A DNA stretch of 63,420 nucleotides, the filler included. It is 13 parts of 13 records of this genome, joined end to end, with 100 filler letters (N's around TTAATTAATTAA, not from the genome) between each part and the next. Parts side by side here need not be neighbours in the genome. Positions count along the whole stretch, not along the records: positions 1 to 4,876 come from SRR7504441_18885; positions 4,977 to 8,965 come from SRR7504441_18978; positions 9,066 to 17,613 come from SRR7504441_18979; 10 more parts are not named here. One strand, written 5' to 3'. This document shows positions 1 to 12,000 of this stretch, piece by piece. A program made the translations under genes and the position numbers. Positions within the stretch are counted from its first letter, which is position 1. The number at the start of each line of letters is the position of its first letter. Under the pieces are notes generated by a model. It had not been told where the DNA came from and did no database searches. It saw only the letters and a list, made by a program, of their open reading frames with translations.

Positions 1-286
1 TGTATATAATAAGGCTTCTACTAGCTCGGTATACCGGTGCCTATTTTCTGAGGTCGGAACATGGCGCGTAGGAACGCGTGGATTTCCCGCCAGCCCGGGG
101 ATTTCTAACTCTCCGCCTCCGTCCTCCGTCTGGGCAGAACGCTGCTGCCGGCTACTGCTGCCCACGCCAACCCGACCGCTGCTACTTCCGGCACCGCAGG
201 GTCTCTAGGTTGAGTGCTGCTCGGGTGCCCGCGGCTGACTGGAGGCAGGCCGGGCATAGGGCAGAAAAAGAGGCCACCCAGCGCAA

Positions 287-1076
287 ATGGATCCACCAGC
301 GCCCGGCAATGACATGGACGAGAAGGCAATTCAGCGGGACAAAGACGAGATTCAGGAGAAGCTAGATCAGGCAATTGCTCACGTTGTCTTCGCCCAGCTC
401 CAGCCGGATGCGAGAACAGGGACTAATCAGCTGATTGAGGAGTCGGGGCAGAGGCTGCAGCAGCAGCACGAGAATAGAGACAGCGCAAGCATTGCGGTCG
501 GAACCCAATTAAAACACACTTCGCATGGAGCAGGTGTCATATTTGCGCTCGATGCCAATTGGGTCCACACAGCATTTGCAGCCGGCAAGGTATTCACTCC
601 GCGTACCTGTCTGAGGTGTTGCTCTTTTGCTTGTACAGTACCTGCGATGCCCCAGAGCGTCAATTCCAAGTGCCTCCACAAAAGTAGTAGACAATTCAGG
701 TGATCACGAACATAAGTCTTTCGTGAATGTTTGAACAGGTGCGACAAACATCTCCATGTCTTACAGCAACCTTGCTTCGCTGTGTGGTGAATTATTGTCT
801 GGAGTGAGCATGTCCAAGGCTAGCAGCGATGACGCGGAGATCCGGAGACTTCAAGCGCAGCTTGACCATGTCCAGTTTGAGCTCGATGCAATGACAGCGT
901 GTGATTCGGCAAAACAGGGCAAGCTCGAGAAACTCGAACACGAGATGAACCGCCTTCGGGAGATATGTAGTAGCAACGGCCCCAGGTCTCCAGGTAATAC
1001 TGGCATAGAGCGAAAAATCATAACAACCCCAGGAAGGCAGAAACCCAGCAAAAGCACATCGCCAAAGGAAATCTAG
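287..1076 (+). CDS. Hypothetical coiled-coil protein, probably 2 short introns
   Basis: ORFs 287..703 and 756..1076 can be joined by removing GT..CAG introns near 590-640 and 700-740; no recognisable domain. Confidence 0.45.
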
Positions 1077-1094
1077 TTTGCTGGTTTAAGGATT

Positions 1095-1878
1095 CTAACC
1101 CAAAAAGTCGTCAAGATCAACATCCTCAACACACAAAATGTTATAGAGATGCACAAACTCATCTAGATCCACATGCCCGTTCCCGTCACGATCTGCCTCC
1201 TGAAATTCGTGCTTGACTCTTTTACGCAGTAGCTTTACGAGGCAATGCTTGCATTTTTAGTGAGCGATGGTTATGGGCGTGAATTTAATGCAAAGGATAT
1301 TGCGAGGGTGAGTGTAGGGGGGCGTGATGTGACAACAGCGCCTGGAACCAAACGGAGGAAATCGTTGGAGAAAGGCAGCATCAATGCGAGCAAGGATGTA
1401 ACTGGTCCGCTAACAGGGCCAGCCAATGTGACAGCTGACCTGCAACCAAGGCGAAGCTGGGATTCCGTATCCCAAACAAATAAGAACGATGCTGGCGTTG
1501 ATCTCGCTGTTGAAGGATCTGAAGAAAGTAAAGGCCATTCATTGAATACCCCACCGGAATATCTATCACAGCGTCCAACTCGCCGCTTCCGTGGAGGTCA
1601 ACGAGCAGTTTATCCGGATAGCCCGAGTCGGACGAGTCAATCATGATCGACTCCGACTCGTACGGGTTGACTGCATACGCACGGGGCACTTGCTCCGGGT
1701 GCGCTTTGTAGTCCACCTCCGACGGCCTGTTCTTCTGGACCTTCCAGTTGGGCTGCTTCAGGCGCTTCGGGTCCTTTGGGGCCACTGGGCTCGGTTCAGG
1801 CTCGGGGCTCCGGGCCTGCCGCGCAGGCGGCTGGTCCCGCGTCACCACGTGCTGCCCGGACAGCGCGAGCCCGTCCAT
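1095..1878 (-). CDS. Probable spliced gene ending in an EF-hand; internal exon structure unresolved
   Basis: Minus strand about 1230-1095 reads RKRVKHEFQEADRDGNGHVDLDEFVHLYNIL..LG*, a canonical DxDGNGxVDxxE loop absent from the ORF track. The ATG at 1878 is head-to-head with DAK. I could not splice the two parts unambiguously. Confidence 0.45.
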
Positions 1879-1953
1879 CTCTCTCCAGTCGATCCAGAAT
1901 TAGACTAACGGCATTAGACCAACGGCAGCTCGAGCCGCCGGCCTTGCCAAAAC

Positions 1954-4006
1954 ATGAAGAGGTTTATCAACGACCCGGTCCAGATCGTGGAGCAAGTGAT
2001 CGAGGGCATCACCCTGGCCGACCCCCAGCTCCGCCGACTCGACGGCCTGCACGTCCTCTGCCGGGCCTCCCTCCCCCCCGAACAGGTCGCAGTCATATCG
2101 GGCGGCGGCAGCGGTCACGAGCCGGCGATGGGCGGCTACGTGGGGCCCGGCCTGCTCAGCGCGGCGGTCGCGGGCGGACTGTTCGCCTCGCCGAGCGTCA
2201 AAGAGGTCCTCCAGGCGATCCGGGCGGTGACCGGGCCGGCCGGATGCTTGGTGGTGATCATGAATTACACCGGCGACCGGCTCAACTTTGGGGTGGCGGT
2301 GGAGCAGGCCCGGGCCGAGGGGCTGCTGGTGGAGATGGTGGTGGTGGCCGACGACTGCGCGCTCCCGCCGGACAAGGGGATAACTGGCCGGCGTGGGGTG
2401 GCCGGGACCGTTCTGGTTCACAAGATCGCCGGGGCCGCGGCCGCTGCTGGCAAGAGCCTCGACGAGGTCAAGCAAGCAGCGCTGGCTGCGATCGGGAGCG
2501 TCGGCACTCTCGGGGTGGCGCTGAGCACCTGCACGGTCCCAGGTGGCCGGCCGGGCGGAGGCCTGCTGAGTGGGTTGGCAGGTCAGCCCCGGTCGGATCG
2601 GCTGAATGGCGACGCGGTCGAGGTCGGGCTCGGGATCCACGGCGAACCCGGGATGGAGCGGGTGCGCGGCCGCCCGAGAATGGGCTGACTTGCCGCAGCT
2701 CGACAAGTGTCCTGCCGCCGACGAGCTGGTGGATAGGATGTTGTTGGCCATCGTGGAGCAAGGCTACCTTCCGCTCGAAGAGGGCGGCCGAGTGGGCCTG
2801 CTCATCAACAACCTCGGCGCAGGCAACGGCGGGGCTTACCCCAGGCCGAGAGCGGGGCAGTTCCTGTGATGGAGCTGGCGGTTGTGGCGCGACACGCGAT
2901 CTCACGCCTAGAGTCAGGCTCGCTGGCCGGGATACCTGCTGTCCAAGTGGCCAGGGTCTGGTCGGGGAGCTTTATGACTTCCCTCGATATGAACGGCGTC
3001 TCAATCACGCTCATCAAGCTCACGGACAGCATGCGTGAGCCGCCCGCTGGCCTGCAAGATCCGGTGTGACAGTTGAACTTCTCGATGCACCTGCCTCCGC
3101 CGCCGGGTGCTGCAGTTCTAGCAACTCGTTGACCGGCTCGGCAGATGGATCCCAGCCGCTGTCCGCCAGCCGGGCTTCTGCCCCACCCCGATGCCGGTCC
3201 CGCCAGAACCGGAGACTGCAGCGCTGACGGCAGAGCCCAGGAGCGCTCTCGGTAAGCTGCTGTTCCGGGCGAGTCGTGAGCCTGTGCAGGTGAGCTCCTG
3301 GCGGGCGGGATCGCAGTGGCTGCCCAAGCGCTGGTGGACAATGAGGCCAAGCTGACTGAATGGGACTTGGCGGTCGGAGATGGCGATTGCGGGATAACAG
3401 CCAAGCGGGGCGCCGAGCAGGTGCTCAAGGACCTTCCTGGGTATCCAGTGAACAGCCTCAAAGCCACGCTCTCGGCGCTGGCCCAAAGTGTGGACGTGAT
3501 GGGCGGCACCAGCGGGATCCTTTACCAACTCGGGCTGATGGCGGCCGCAAGCTCCACTGGCCCGGAGCTCAGGTGGCTCGCACCCGGAGCGTGCTCACGT
3601 TGGGCAGCCGGGCCAAGCTAGTGGAGGCGTTCTGTGCTGCAGTGGACCGGATCCAGTTTTATGGCGGTGGCTGGTCCGCTGAGCGCCGGGCTTAGCAGTG
3701 ACCAGGTGCCGAGGAAGGGTACCGGACCATGCTGGACGCGCTGCTCCCAGCCAAGCGGGCACTCAGCCAGGGCGACAGCCTGGAGCAGGCCGCGGTGCTC
3801 ACCCAGTTTGCTCGGCTGACCGGTGAGGGCAGGCGGCGGCCGGCGAGGGCGCGGACAAGACCGCCACGATGAAGGCGCTGGCTGGAAGGTCGAACTACGT
3901 GCCGGACGAGCAGCTGCAGGGCGTGCCGGACCCGGGCGCCAAGGCCGTCGCCTTTGTTCTCACCGCGCTGAGCGAGCATTATAAGGGCGCTGCTGGGCTT
4001 GAGTGA
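1954..4006 (+). CDS. DAK: Dihydroxyacetone kinase / triokinase-FMN cyclase (Dak1+Dak2), about 9 introns of 35-40 nt
   Basis: Motifs SGGGSGHEP, GGLFASPS, NYTGDRLNFG, GRRGVAGTVLVHKIAGA, GLGIHGEPG, GDGDCG, MGGTSG, RTMLDAL, AGRSNYV..PDPGA. Frame is restored by short introns, including GC-AG 2823-2860; TGA at 4004-4006. Confidence 0.95.
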
Positions 4007-4269
4007 GCGCTGTAGTCCTGAAGGCTTTGGGTTTGCGATAGAAAAGCCGCGAGCCGGCACGCATGCATCTGGATCTCGCCACCTTTGATATATACTAAGT
4101 TTGTAAGCATGAATAAAACACTAAGCCGTACTACCTTGTAAATGTACGTACGAACACGTGCACAATGCAATCGTTCAATGTCATCTACAGTAAGTACTAG
4201 TGTGAACTGAGATCAGTACCAAAGACTCAATAGAGGCCGTCTCGGAGGCCAATAGAGGGTGTGTCGCAG

Positions 4270-4866
4270 TCAGCACCCAGTCGGCACAGCAAACGTGCCT
4301 TTTGCGAAACTTGATGACAACACCTCGAAGCGCTCATAAACAGCCGAGTTGAACTCGAGAAGCGAGTGGGGCGGGCCTTCCATTTGAGTGTACAGCGGAG
4401 CCATTGTCGCTTGGGACGCATAGAGGCTGTAGTTGACTTGTGCCGTCAGCTGTGCCTTCCAAAGCCAGGCCGCGACGCCGTTGTAGACGCTCACGCCCTT
4501 GAACGTGCTGTTGTCGAAGAGGTAGCGGCCCATTATCCCCACTGGATTGACAGCGCACTGGAAGCCACTCGCGTTAAAGTAGCTGAAATACTGCTCATGC
4601 TCCAGGATCAGGTGCTGGTCGCCGGTCAATCCCAGGCCGCCAAACGGAGTCCCGGCCAGGCTGGAGGCGTTGAACAGCTCGTCCACCCGCTGAGCGGGCA
4701 GCGTGTAATCGGTGTAGATGAAGGCCTGGCCTGTGATGCCCGGCCGGGGCGCTGCGATATCGACGATCAGCTCGGATACGCTGGCCCGGTACCGCTCAGG
4801 CCAGACGAAGGCCAGCGCTGACGCGGCAGTGACCAGCGCCGGCAGCAATGCGGCCCGGCTAGCCAT
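4270..4866 (-). CDS. Secreted or lysosomal ependymin-related (EPDR)-like protein
   Basis: 198 aa with hydrophobic signal peptide, WP after cleavage, YTDY...RVD, a central Cys, G..A..W and C-terminal FAVPTGC (F..P..C), as recalled for EPDR proteins. Confidence 0.55.
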   Translation of the reverse strand: MASRAALLPALVTAASALAFVWPERYRASVSELIVDIAAPRPGITGQAFIYTDYTLPAQRVDELFNASSLAGTPFGGLGLTGDQHLILEHEQYFSYFNASGFQCAVNPVGIMGRYLFDNSTFKGVSVYNGVAAWLWKAQLTAQVNYSLYASQATMAPLYTQMEGPPHSLLEFNSAVYERFEVLSSSFAKGTFAVPTGC

Positions 4867-4876
4867 GAGACGCCCC

Positions 4877-4976
4877 NNNNNNNNNNNNNNNNNNNNNNNN
4901 NNNNNNNNNNNNNNNNNNNNTTAATTAATTAANNNNNNNNNNNNNNNNNNNNNNNNNNNNNNNNNNNNNNNNNNNN
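4877..4976. other. Artificial contig linker (N44-TTAATTAATTAA-N44); identical linkers at 8966, 17614, 21802, 26877, 30474, 36775, 41205, 44753, 48289, 51670 and 57906 (100 nt each)
   Basis: Identical all-frame-stop spacer flanked by N runs, 12 times. Confidence 0.99.
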
Positions 4977-7900
4977 TGCGCAATGTTGCCCAGGCACAAG
5001 CTGCCCGTAGGGCTTGCCACATCCTTTCTACCATCTCTTCTGCCCAGAGAAATCCAAGACATCGAAGCACAGCTGTGGATAGCTGCATCAACACTGCAAC
5101 ATGCCGACCTGCGTGATCCAATCTCAGCCCACACATCTGGAATTCAGGAGCCTCGTGCCGCAGGTCGGAGGCCAGTTCATTCGAGATGATCGAGAGGAGC
5201 TCCTCTGTATCAACAGCAGCCTCTCCATCGAGCTGGGAAAAACTCCAGAGACGACGAGGCTGGCCGTGTGGATGACACACGTCAAGGACCAGCTCCAAGC
5301 TAGGCTCCAGATCACACACCACTTGAACCACTGAGGAGACATGTTGGGCAAATGCCCAGCATGGTAACTGTACAGTAGACATAAAGTGCGCAGTAGTGGT
5401 CTTGGGTATTGTCATCTTTGCCTCTGTGACCGCATTGTATACTGCCCACAGGGGAGCAGTGCAGTTCATCGTCAGGTAGCCTTCAGGAATGTGTAATAAC
5501 GAGGTCTCTAGGCTGAAGCTGTACAGGGCCTGGTTGCTTGCTGCAATAATGTGCTCGCAGAGCTGAGTCGTCTGGATACTGCCTTTGTACCAGATTTCCA
5601 CCAGTACTTCAAGTGCATCTTCTTCGTGAGCTGCTTCACTTTGCTCCCCCGCATTGAGCAATTGAATGGCTGGCCACCTCATCCCAGCCCACTGTCGAGC
5701 ACTGCTGAAAGGGTCATCAAATGCACCCATATCAGGCGCACGACTTAGATGCGGCGGTGTATCCAAGTCACCAGGTCGTTCTAGACCAATCATACGATGT
5801 TTCACTCGGGCTGGCGACTCACAGATTTCCTGCCACGAAAAGTCAGACCGACTAGCAAGATCTAAATGCAAACCTGTGCTTTCAACAATGGCAGAGCAGA
5901 GCTTGAGGTGGGGCTGGTGAGTGAGACATCGATGAAAGATATTCCCATTCGAGATGGGGTCCGGCAATATCTCCGTTCAGCATACGCGGGATTGAAATAG
6001 AAATGGAGCTGGTCGCACACCTCCATCGGTTCACTATCTTGAGTGGTGTCTTGATGGCTCAAAAAGGAGTGATCAAAGGCAAATGATCTCCGAGCCGGAT
6101 CGTTCTGCGCGTTTGTCAGCACGCTAGAGAGGCCAGTCATGTTTGAATCAGACCGGATCCGCGAGCTGGGGTCCTCTTCGCTGAAAGACGCTGTCGGCAT
6201 GAAGCCTTCGTCATTCAGATCTCGCGCATGTACCACGTGAAGGAACGTAAGCAACCGCCGCTGCAGGCATGACATGAACAGCCCAACATCCGACACAGCA
6301 TAGGGTATCGGCATTTTGAATGTGTGTGCTGCTGGTTGAGTTGGCGGCTTCACGAATCGTAGGTCAAGAGGTGTCAGCTTAAATTGAGGATTTCTTGTCA
6401 ATATTGAAGTTATGATGGCAAGTGTGGCGTCACAAATCGCAGCCTCAAGATCATTAATGAGACCGTTGGTAATGTCTTGCGTGGGTTCATTCACCCCATG
6501 CACACGGAGCAGCAACTCTCCCTTCTGGCGTTCCTTTGGCCCCTCTGGTGCTGGTGTGCTGTCAACAATACAAAGGGACATATGAAAGACACTGCCTCGC
6601 TGATCACGGACAACAAAAGAGTTGCCGATCGTCCGAGACTTGCTGCACATCACTACAAAGGGACTGAATACCTTTACTCGCAGAGTGTCGAGTGCAGCTA
6701 TTGGTGAGAGCCTGTCATGCAGCGGAAAGGTGTGCTCGTAAACACAAGGGCATACCAACTGGTGGGCGCCATGCTTCTCCTCTTCTGGCTGTCCTCCTTC
6801 TGTGTGTGATTCGTCTGTGGCCTGTACGTTTGCGTCTTCTGCGCTTTCAGGAGAGTCGTCTGGCTCGTTGGAGCATCCATCGAATACCAGCAAGGACTCA
6901 GCAGCATCACGGACTTCGTGAAGCTGCTCCAGCTGCATAATCAGGTTGACACGGTCCACAATAGCACCAATGGCAACTTCGACATTGCAGAGAACATCTG
7001 CCAAATGGGCATTGTCTGGACAGAAGAGCGAGACCTTTACTTCACATGGCTCTCCCATATCCATATCTCCCATGTGTATCAATAGCCAAAAGGGCAACAG
7101 AAATTCTTCGCAGATTCTCCAGTCTGGCAATTCAAGAGGCATCACGGGGTTTTGCATCACAAAATAATTGAAAAGCTTGCTGCTCATCAGGATGCTGGGT
7201 GCATCTTCGTCCACTGGCGCAAAGCAAATGTGCCATGCGCCCACAGTTTGCACAGACAACCACAGGCTGCTCTGCAGTTGCTCTAGAAACCTCTGTTCCG
7301 TGGTTTTGTTTGCTTGAAGGAACTTCAGAGGTATTGTGCAGCTACTGACGTGCTGTGCCAATGCTGGCGAGCCAAGGTGCGAAAGGACAGTTTCAATGGT
7401 CTTGGACTGCAGCGGGCGCACCGATAAAAGCGATTGCACCAGTTCAAATGAGACCAACCCAGTGAACCGCCTTTCCATTGCAACAACCAGTGGCACATGC
7501 TCTAGTGGCAGCCCCTTCTGCTGCATTTTGATACAGTCCTGCAGCTCATTCGGCATCTCCAGCTCGAAAGAGGTGTCCAAGGGCGCGTCTGCTGGTAGTT
7601 GCTGGATCGGTGATAACTGGTCTTCCTCTGGAAATACAGGGCCGTCGGGATTCATCGGCGGAGTGTCTTCAAATGAAAGCTCATCAGAGCCGTCGGGTGT
7701 ATCAGAGGCACTGCCTGAATCCAGAGTGACGAAGTGAAGTTGGAGTGTAAGCGACACCAGCTGGGTCTTGGTGTGGCTTGGTGTGTTCAGAGCTGCCTGA
7801 ATTGCTGCAGTGAGACTGTCAGTCACAACGGCATGGCGTGTCAAGGTGGAGCCATCCTCTTCGTTATTGGCCACGACTTCGATTTGAGCTCGCAGAAATA

Positions 7901-8965
7901 GTGGCGCACTTTCAGGTTTGGCTGTTGGTCGATAGACCATGTATTGCTCTGAATCTTTTACAGGATGAAAGTCCTCCGCTAAGATCTTGCTGTATTCCTC
8001 ATCGAGGAAACTGTATCTACTAGAATGTGGCTGGCTCAGCACATCGGCGATGCTTGACAGAGAGATCTCGACCAGTGTCTCCCGGCATGATGCCAGGGCA
8101 CGCGAGAGATCATCAGGGGCAATATGCATCTGCTCAGGAAGATTCAAAAAGTGGGACATGGCAATAACAATGTTTCGTTGATGCAGATCTCGAAGCTTTG
8201 CACAATACTGTTCCACTGCAGTCCTCCTCTTGGGTGGCAGCAACAATGGAGCCGGGATCTTCGAGTCCCCTAAACTGTACTCCCCACCAATAGCAGTTGC
8301 CACAGCTTCTACATCTTCGACAGGTGCCACGATGGCTTTGATTGAGCAAACATGAATGTTCAAGAGGAAACCAGCCTCAAGATTCTCGCGAAATTGTTGC
8401 TCATCTAGTGTCTCAGCCGCCTCCTCCAAGGCTGGCTCGGGTAGAAGTGTCAGAATCAAGTCTTCTGACCCCAACAACGTGGCAAAGCAGCTAGCTGAAG
8501 ACACGGGTATCGCCGATTCGTCAGCAAACGGCACATCGTCCATGGCTAGCGGCACCTGAAACCGCAAGTCAAACTAAGCGTTGGGGGTCTTACCTCTATG
8601 TCGTTACACTGTCGAAGTGAACCCTTGAGCATATCATGCAGCTTGGTGTGTGACTCCAGCAGCACCTACAGGTGGACTCAAAGCACTACCTATGCATAAG
8701 GTGACCTTTGCACTGCCATGCGCCATTGCTCGGCTGTCTGCAGTGCTGTTAGGGTTCAGATTGATGGAGTCATCTGTATTATCAAGCTGAGTGCTTCCGC
8801 TGCCGGGTAGGAGTGCCATAAGGTATTCTGTTTTCTTTGGGGCGCCGATGATCAACTTTGCGACACTGAGGGAGCACAGCTGCACCTGCCCTCTCGTGCT
8901 GTGCCCAGGCCTCCGTGGACTCGATTTGGGCGAATCGATTAGTGGAGTGTTTTCACTGAGTGCCC
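4977..8965 (-). CDS. SZT2: SZT2 (KICSTOR scaffold)-like protein, internal fragment
   Basis: FPLHDRL...FSPFVV...FVVRDQRGSVFHMSL...LLRVHGVNEPTQDITNGL..DLEAAICDATLAIITSILTRNPQFKLTPLDLRFV matches the conserved SZT2 block as recalled. ORFs 5862..8567 and 4921..5967 join through a 44-nt GT..CTGAC..CAG intron. Confidence 0.8.
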
Positions 8966-9065
8966 NNNNNNNNNNNNNNNNNNNNNNNNNNNNNNNNNNN
9001 NNNNNNNNNTTAATTAATTAANNNNNNNNNNNNNNNNNNNNNNNNNNNNNNNNNNNNNNNNNNNN

Positions 9066-12000
9066 CCGGCCAACCCCCGGGTGCAGAGTACTCCCACCGC
9101 GAACCCGGACCCCGGTGATCGAGAAGAAGCCGAGCCCCAAGGCCCAGGAAGAGTTGTTCTGCGTGGGAACACATGCGCCCAGGCGAATGAGCGACGACGC
9201 GAGTGAGCACCTCTGGGACTACTTGTCTCGGCGCCACCACCTGCCTACAGAATGGCTGCGGCACCTCCTGGGCGGCGGCTTGTACATGACGGACGAGAAG
9301 CCAGCCGGCGCGTCCCAGTCCACCGCGCCCCGCAGGTACATTTCGGCGGTCTCAGGGCGCGGCGGGCTGAGCAGAGACAAAGTGTACGATGAGCTCACTC
9401 AGCTGGCCCCAGTAGTTCAGGTGGCCGCCCGGCTTGCAAGCAGTGAGTTGGTTGCGGCAGTTTATCAGGCGGAAGCTCGAGGAGGAGAAGCACTTGAAGG
9501 AGGGCCAGGAGGTGGAGGTTCTCGACTATCGACAGGGTGACGAGCGCCGCTCTATCGGGGTAGTGGTGAACATCTCGAGCAATCTGGACGTCCGAATGAG
9601 CGCGAAGGTCGAACATCCCGAGCAACCTGATTTGTGTAACCTGATTTGTGTGCACAGGATGTGCCGTATACCTCGCCAGATTGGTGGTCTATAGAAGGAC
9701 TGTCTGTATTGGACTTTGAGGCGACTGAGGTGCCGCCTCGCCTCTTGCACTTGATGACAGGGGGCAGTACGGCGGCTGCCGCTCGACATTGGGCCGCGAC
9801 GAGCAAGTAGACCTGCACGCTGAGAACGGATGCAGTGATGACACCCCAGAGCAGTGGCGCGATGCTATCAATCAACTGATGCAGATGGGCTTTGACCGCC
9901 AAATCGCTCAAGAGAAGGTAGTGGCCGCCAAGGGCAACGTGCAGAACGCCGTGGAGGCTGCATTGTTGCCCAAGCTCGCTGACGAGCTGCCCGTGACCAG
10001 CAATGAAGCCGAAGATAGGAGACAGGCAAAGCGACAGCGATGCAACAGCGACAATGGGCCCATTACAATCGACGAATCTATGATTGCGCCGCTTCAAGTG
10101 CCGAAAGCGTCGAATCCCTCTGGCTTTAAAGGAGTTTATCATGACAAAAGAGGGTTTTACACGAAATGGAAGGAAGCTAATGGCAGATGGAGCAGTGCAA
10201 GAGGTTATGCGACAGCAGAGGAGGCAGCAATGGTCTACGCTACAAAGTGCCATCAACTTCATATCGACCTGCCAGTTACTACTGGCGATTATGGTCTGCC
10301 TGATTATGGTCTGCCTGCAGTTGTCGACAGTGAACATGCAGCAGCAGCACTTGACAAAGGCAGTAATCAACACGAGCCGCCAGTCCCCAGTGTGGTCCCC
10401 AGCCCTGCGCCACACCAGCAATCGCTCAGGGAAGTGCTGGCCATTCTAGGATTGAGTCATCTGCATGACCTCTTTGACGAGGAATTTGTCAGTGTGCAAG
10501 AGCTGCCTTGTCTTTCCCCAGATGACATGAATGATCTTGGGATAACTCCAGCAGATCAAACGACAATTGTATCATGGCAGCAAGCGTGTGAAAAGCCAGC
10601 TTCTGACCGACCGCATGGCCAGCCATTCGATGATGATCAAGTGAAGCCATATCATGGCGAGATGATGGCTGACCAGCCATGCAAGCCTGATCAAGCAGAT
10701 GAACCTGCTGGGAATGCAGCTTCTAGAGCCCAGGACCCACGAAATGAGGACGTGACAGCCCAGGCCAATGTCGACCCACTTATACCACCTGCAAAAGGCT
10801 CTGCAGATCAACCCAAAGAGCACAGAACATGTGCTATATGCGCTGCATCTAAGCCTAAAAATCAGTTTTCGAATACTCAATGGAAAAAGAAACCTGCATG
10901 TGGATCCAAATGCATCCAATGCTGCCGACGCGGGCGCAGCACGGTGGCGCTCTCTGACGCGGAGTGGCTGGCGATGAAGCGGTGGAAGAGGGACAGCAAG
11001 GACCAGCCGGCCCAGCCGACGATACCCTGCGATCAAACCTCAAAGGTCTACCAGCAGAAAGCACGCCTTCTGCCGAGTTCTCTGCACCACCAGAGGGGCC
11101 CTCACACTCAACTAGAGCAATCTCCACTGCCCTTAGGGTGGCACCTACCGCCACGAACTCTCATTACTCGCATACAGCCGGCAGCGCTGCCTCCACCACC
11201 GCCGCCACCGCCACCGCCTTGCACAGCTGCAGCACAAACTCCCCCAGTGCCATGCACCCGAGAGGAAATAGACACCGTGATGCAAAAAGCTAAGAACATG
11301 ATCCACAATTTTCGGGAGCAAGGATCTGTTGAGGCTGCTCACAAAGCTCACAAAGTCGAGCTGCAGTACAAACTGCTATGTCTAAAGGAAGGCTTGCCGC
11401 ACGAACTGGACGCAAAGTTCTTTAAGTCATGCGACGACGAAGAGCGGCAGGAATTCGAGCGTCTCCTGAGCAGAAACAAGCTGAAGCTGAAGTGCAAAAA
11501 GAAAATAATGAAAGATTGGATCGTAGATACAATGGGTAGACATAGACCTTCCTTCTATGGCGAGAAAAGAAAAGATCATGAGGCAGGCAAAGAGATGATA
11601 CGTAATCTCACGCGTTCAATGGTAGAAAAGTGGCTGTTTGATGGGAGTTTCCTGGTGTCACGCTTAGTTGCAGCGTATATGCGGTGTGACGAAAAGATAC
11701 CTCGTAAGGACCTCAAAGAAGCCATCGGTGGTCGTCACCAGGACTGGCAGGATGATCTTTTAACCCGACTGGACACAGAAGAGCAAGGCAGCACTCACCT
11801 TGCTGGACCAGAAGAGCCCCTCAAGGAACCAGTGGCTAGCGATGCAGTCGATCAGCGAATCAATCGCGTGACTGATTTGCAAGAACGCGCCAGAGCCGCC
11901 GAAAAGAACCTTGAAGAGGAAAGGGAATGGAGGACAGAAGACAGGAGGAAATTGCATGCTGCACAGGAGCAGATGGAAAACTTTGAAGAACAGTTGGCAC

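Noticed and set aside
1245-1646. Plus-strand 133-aa ORF
   Set aside because: No motif, and it overlaps the better-supported minus-strand EF-hand gene; left uncalled, not excluded.
1954-4006. Apparent frameshifts suggesting pseudogenes or programmed frameshifting in DAK and other genes
   Set aside because: Each shift I examined is resolved by a short GT/GC..AG intron with a branch-like motif.
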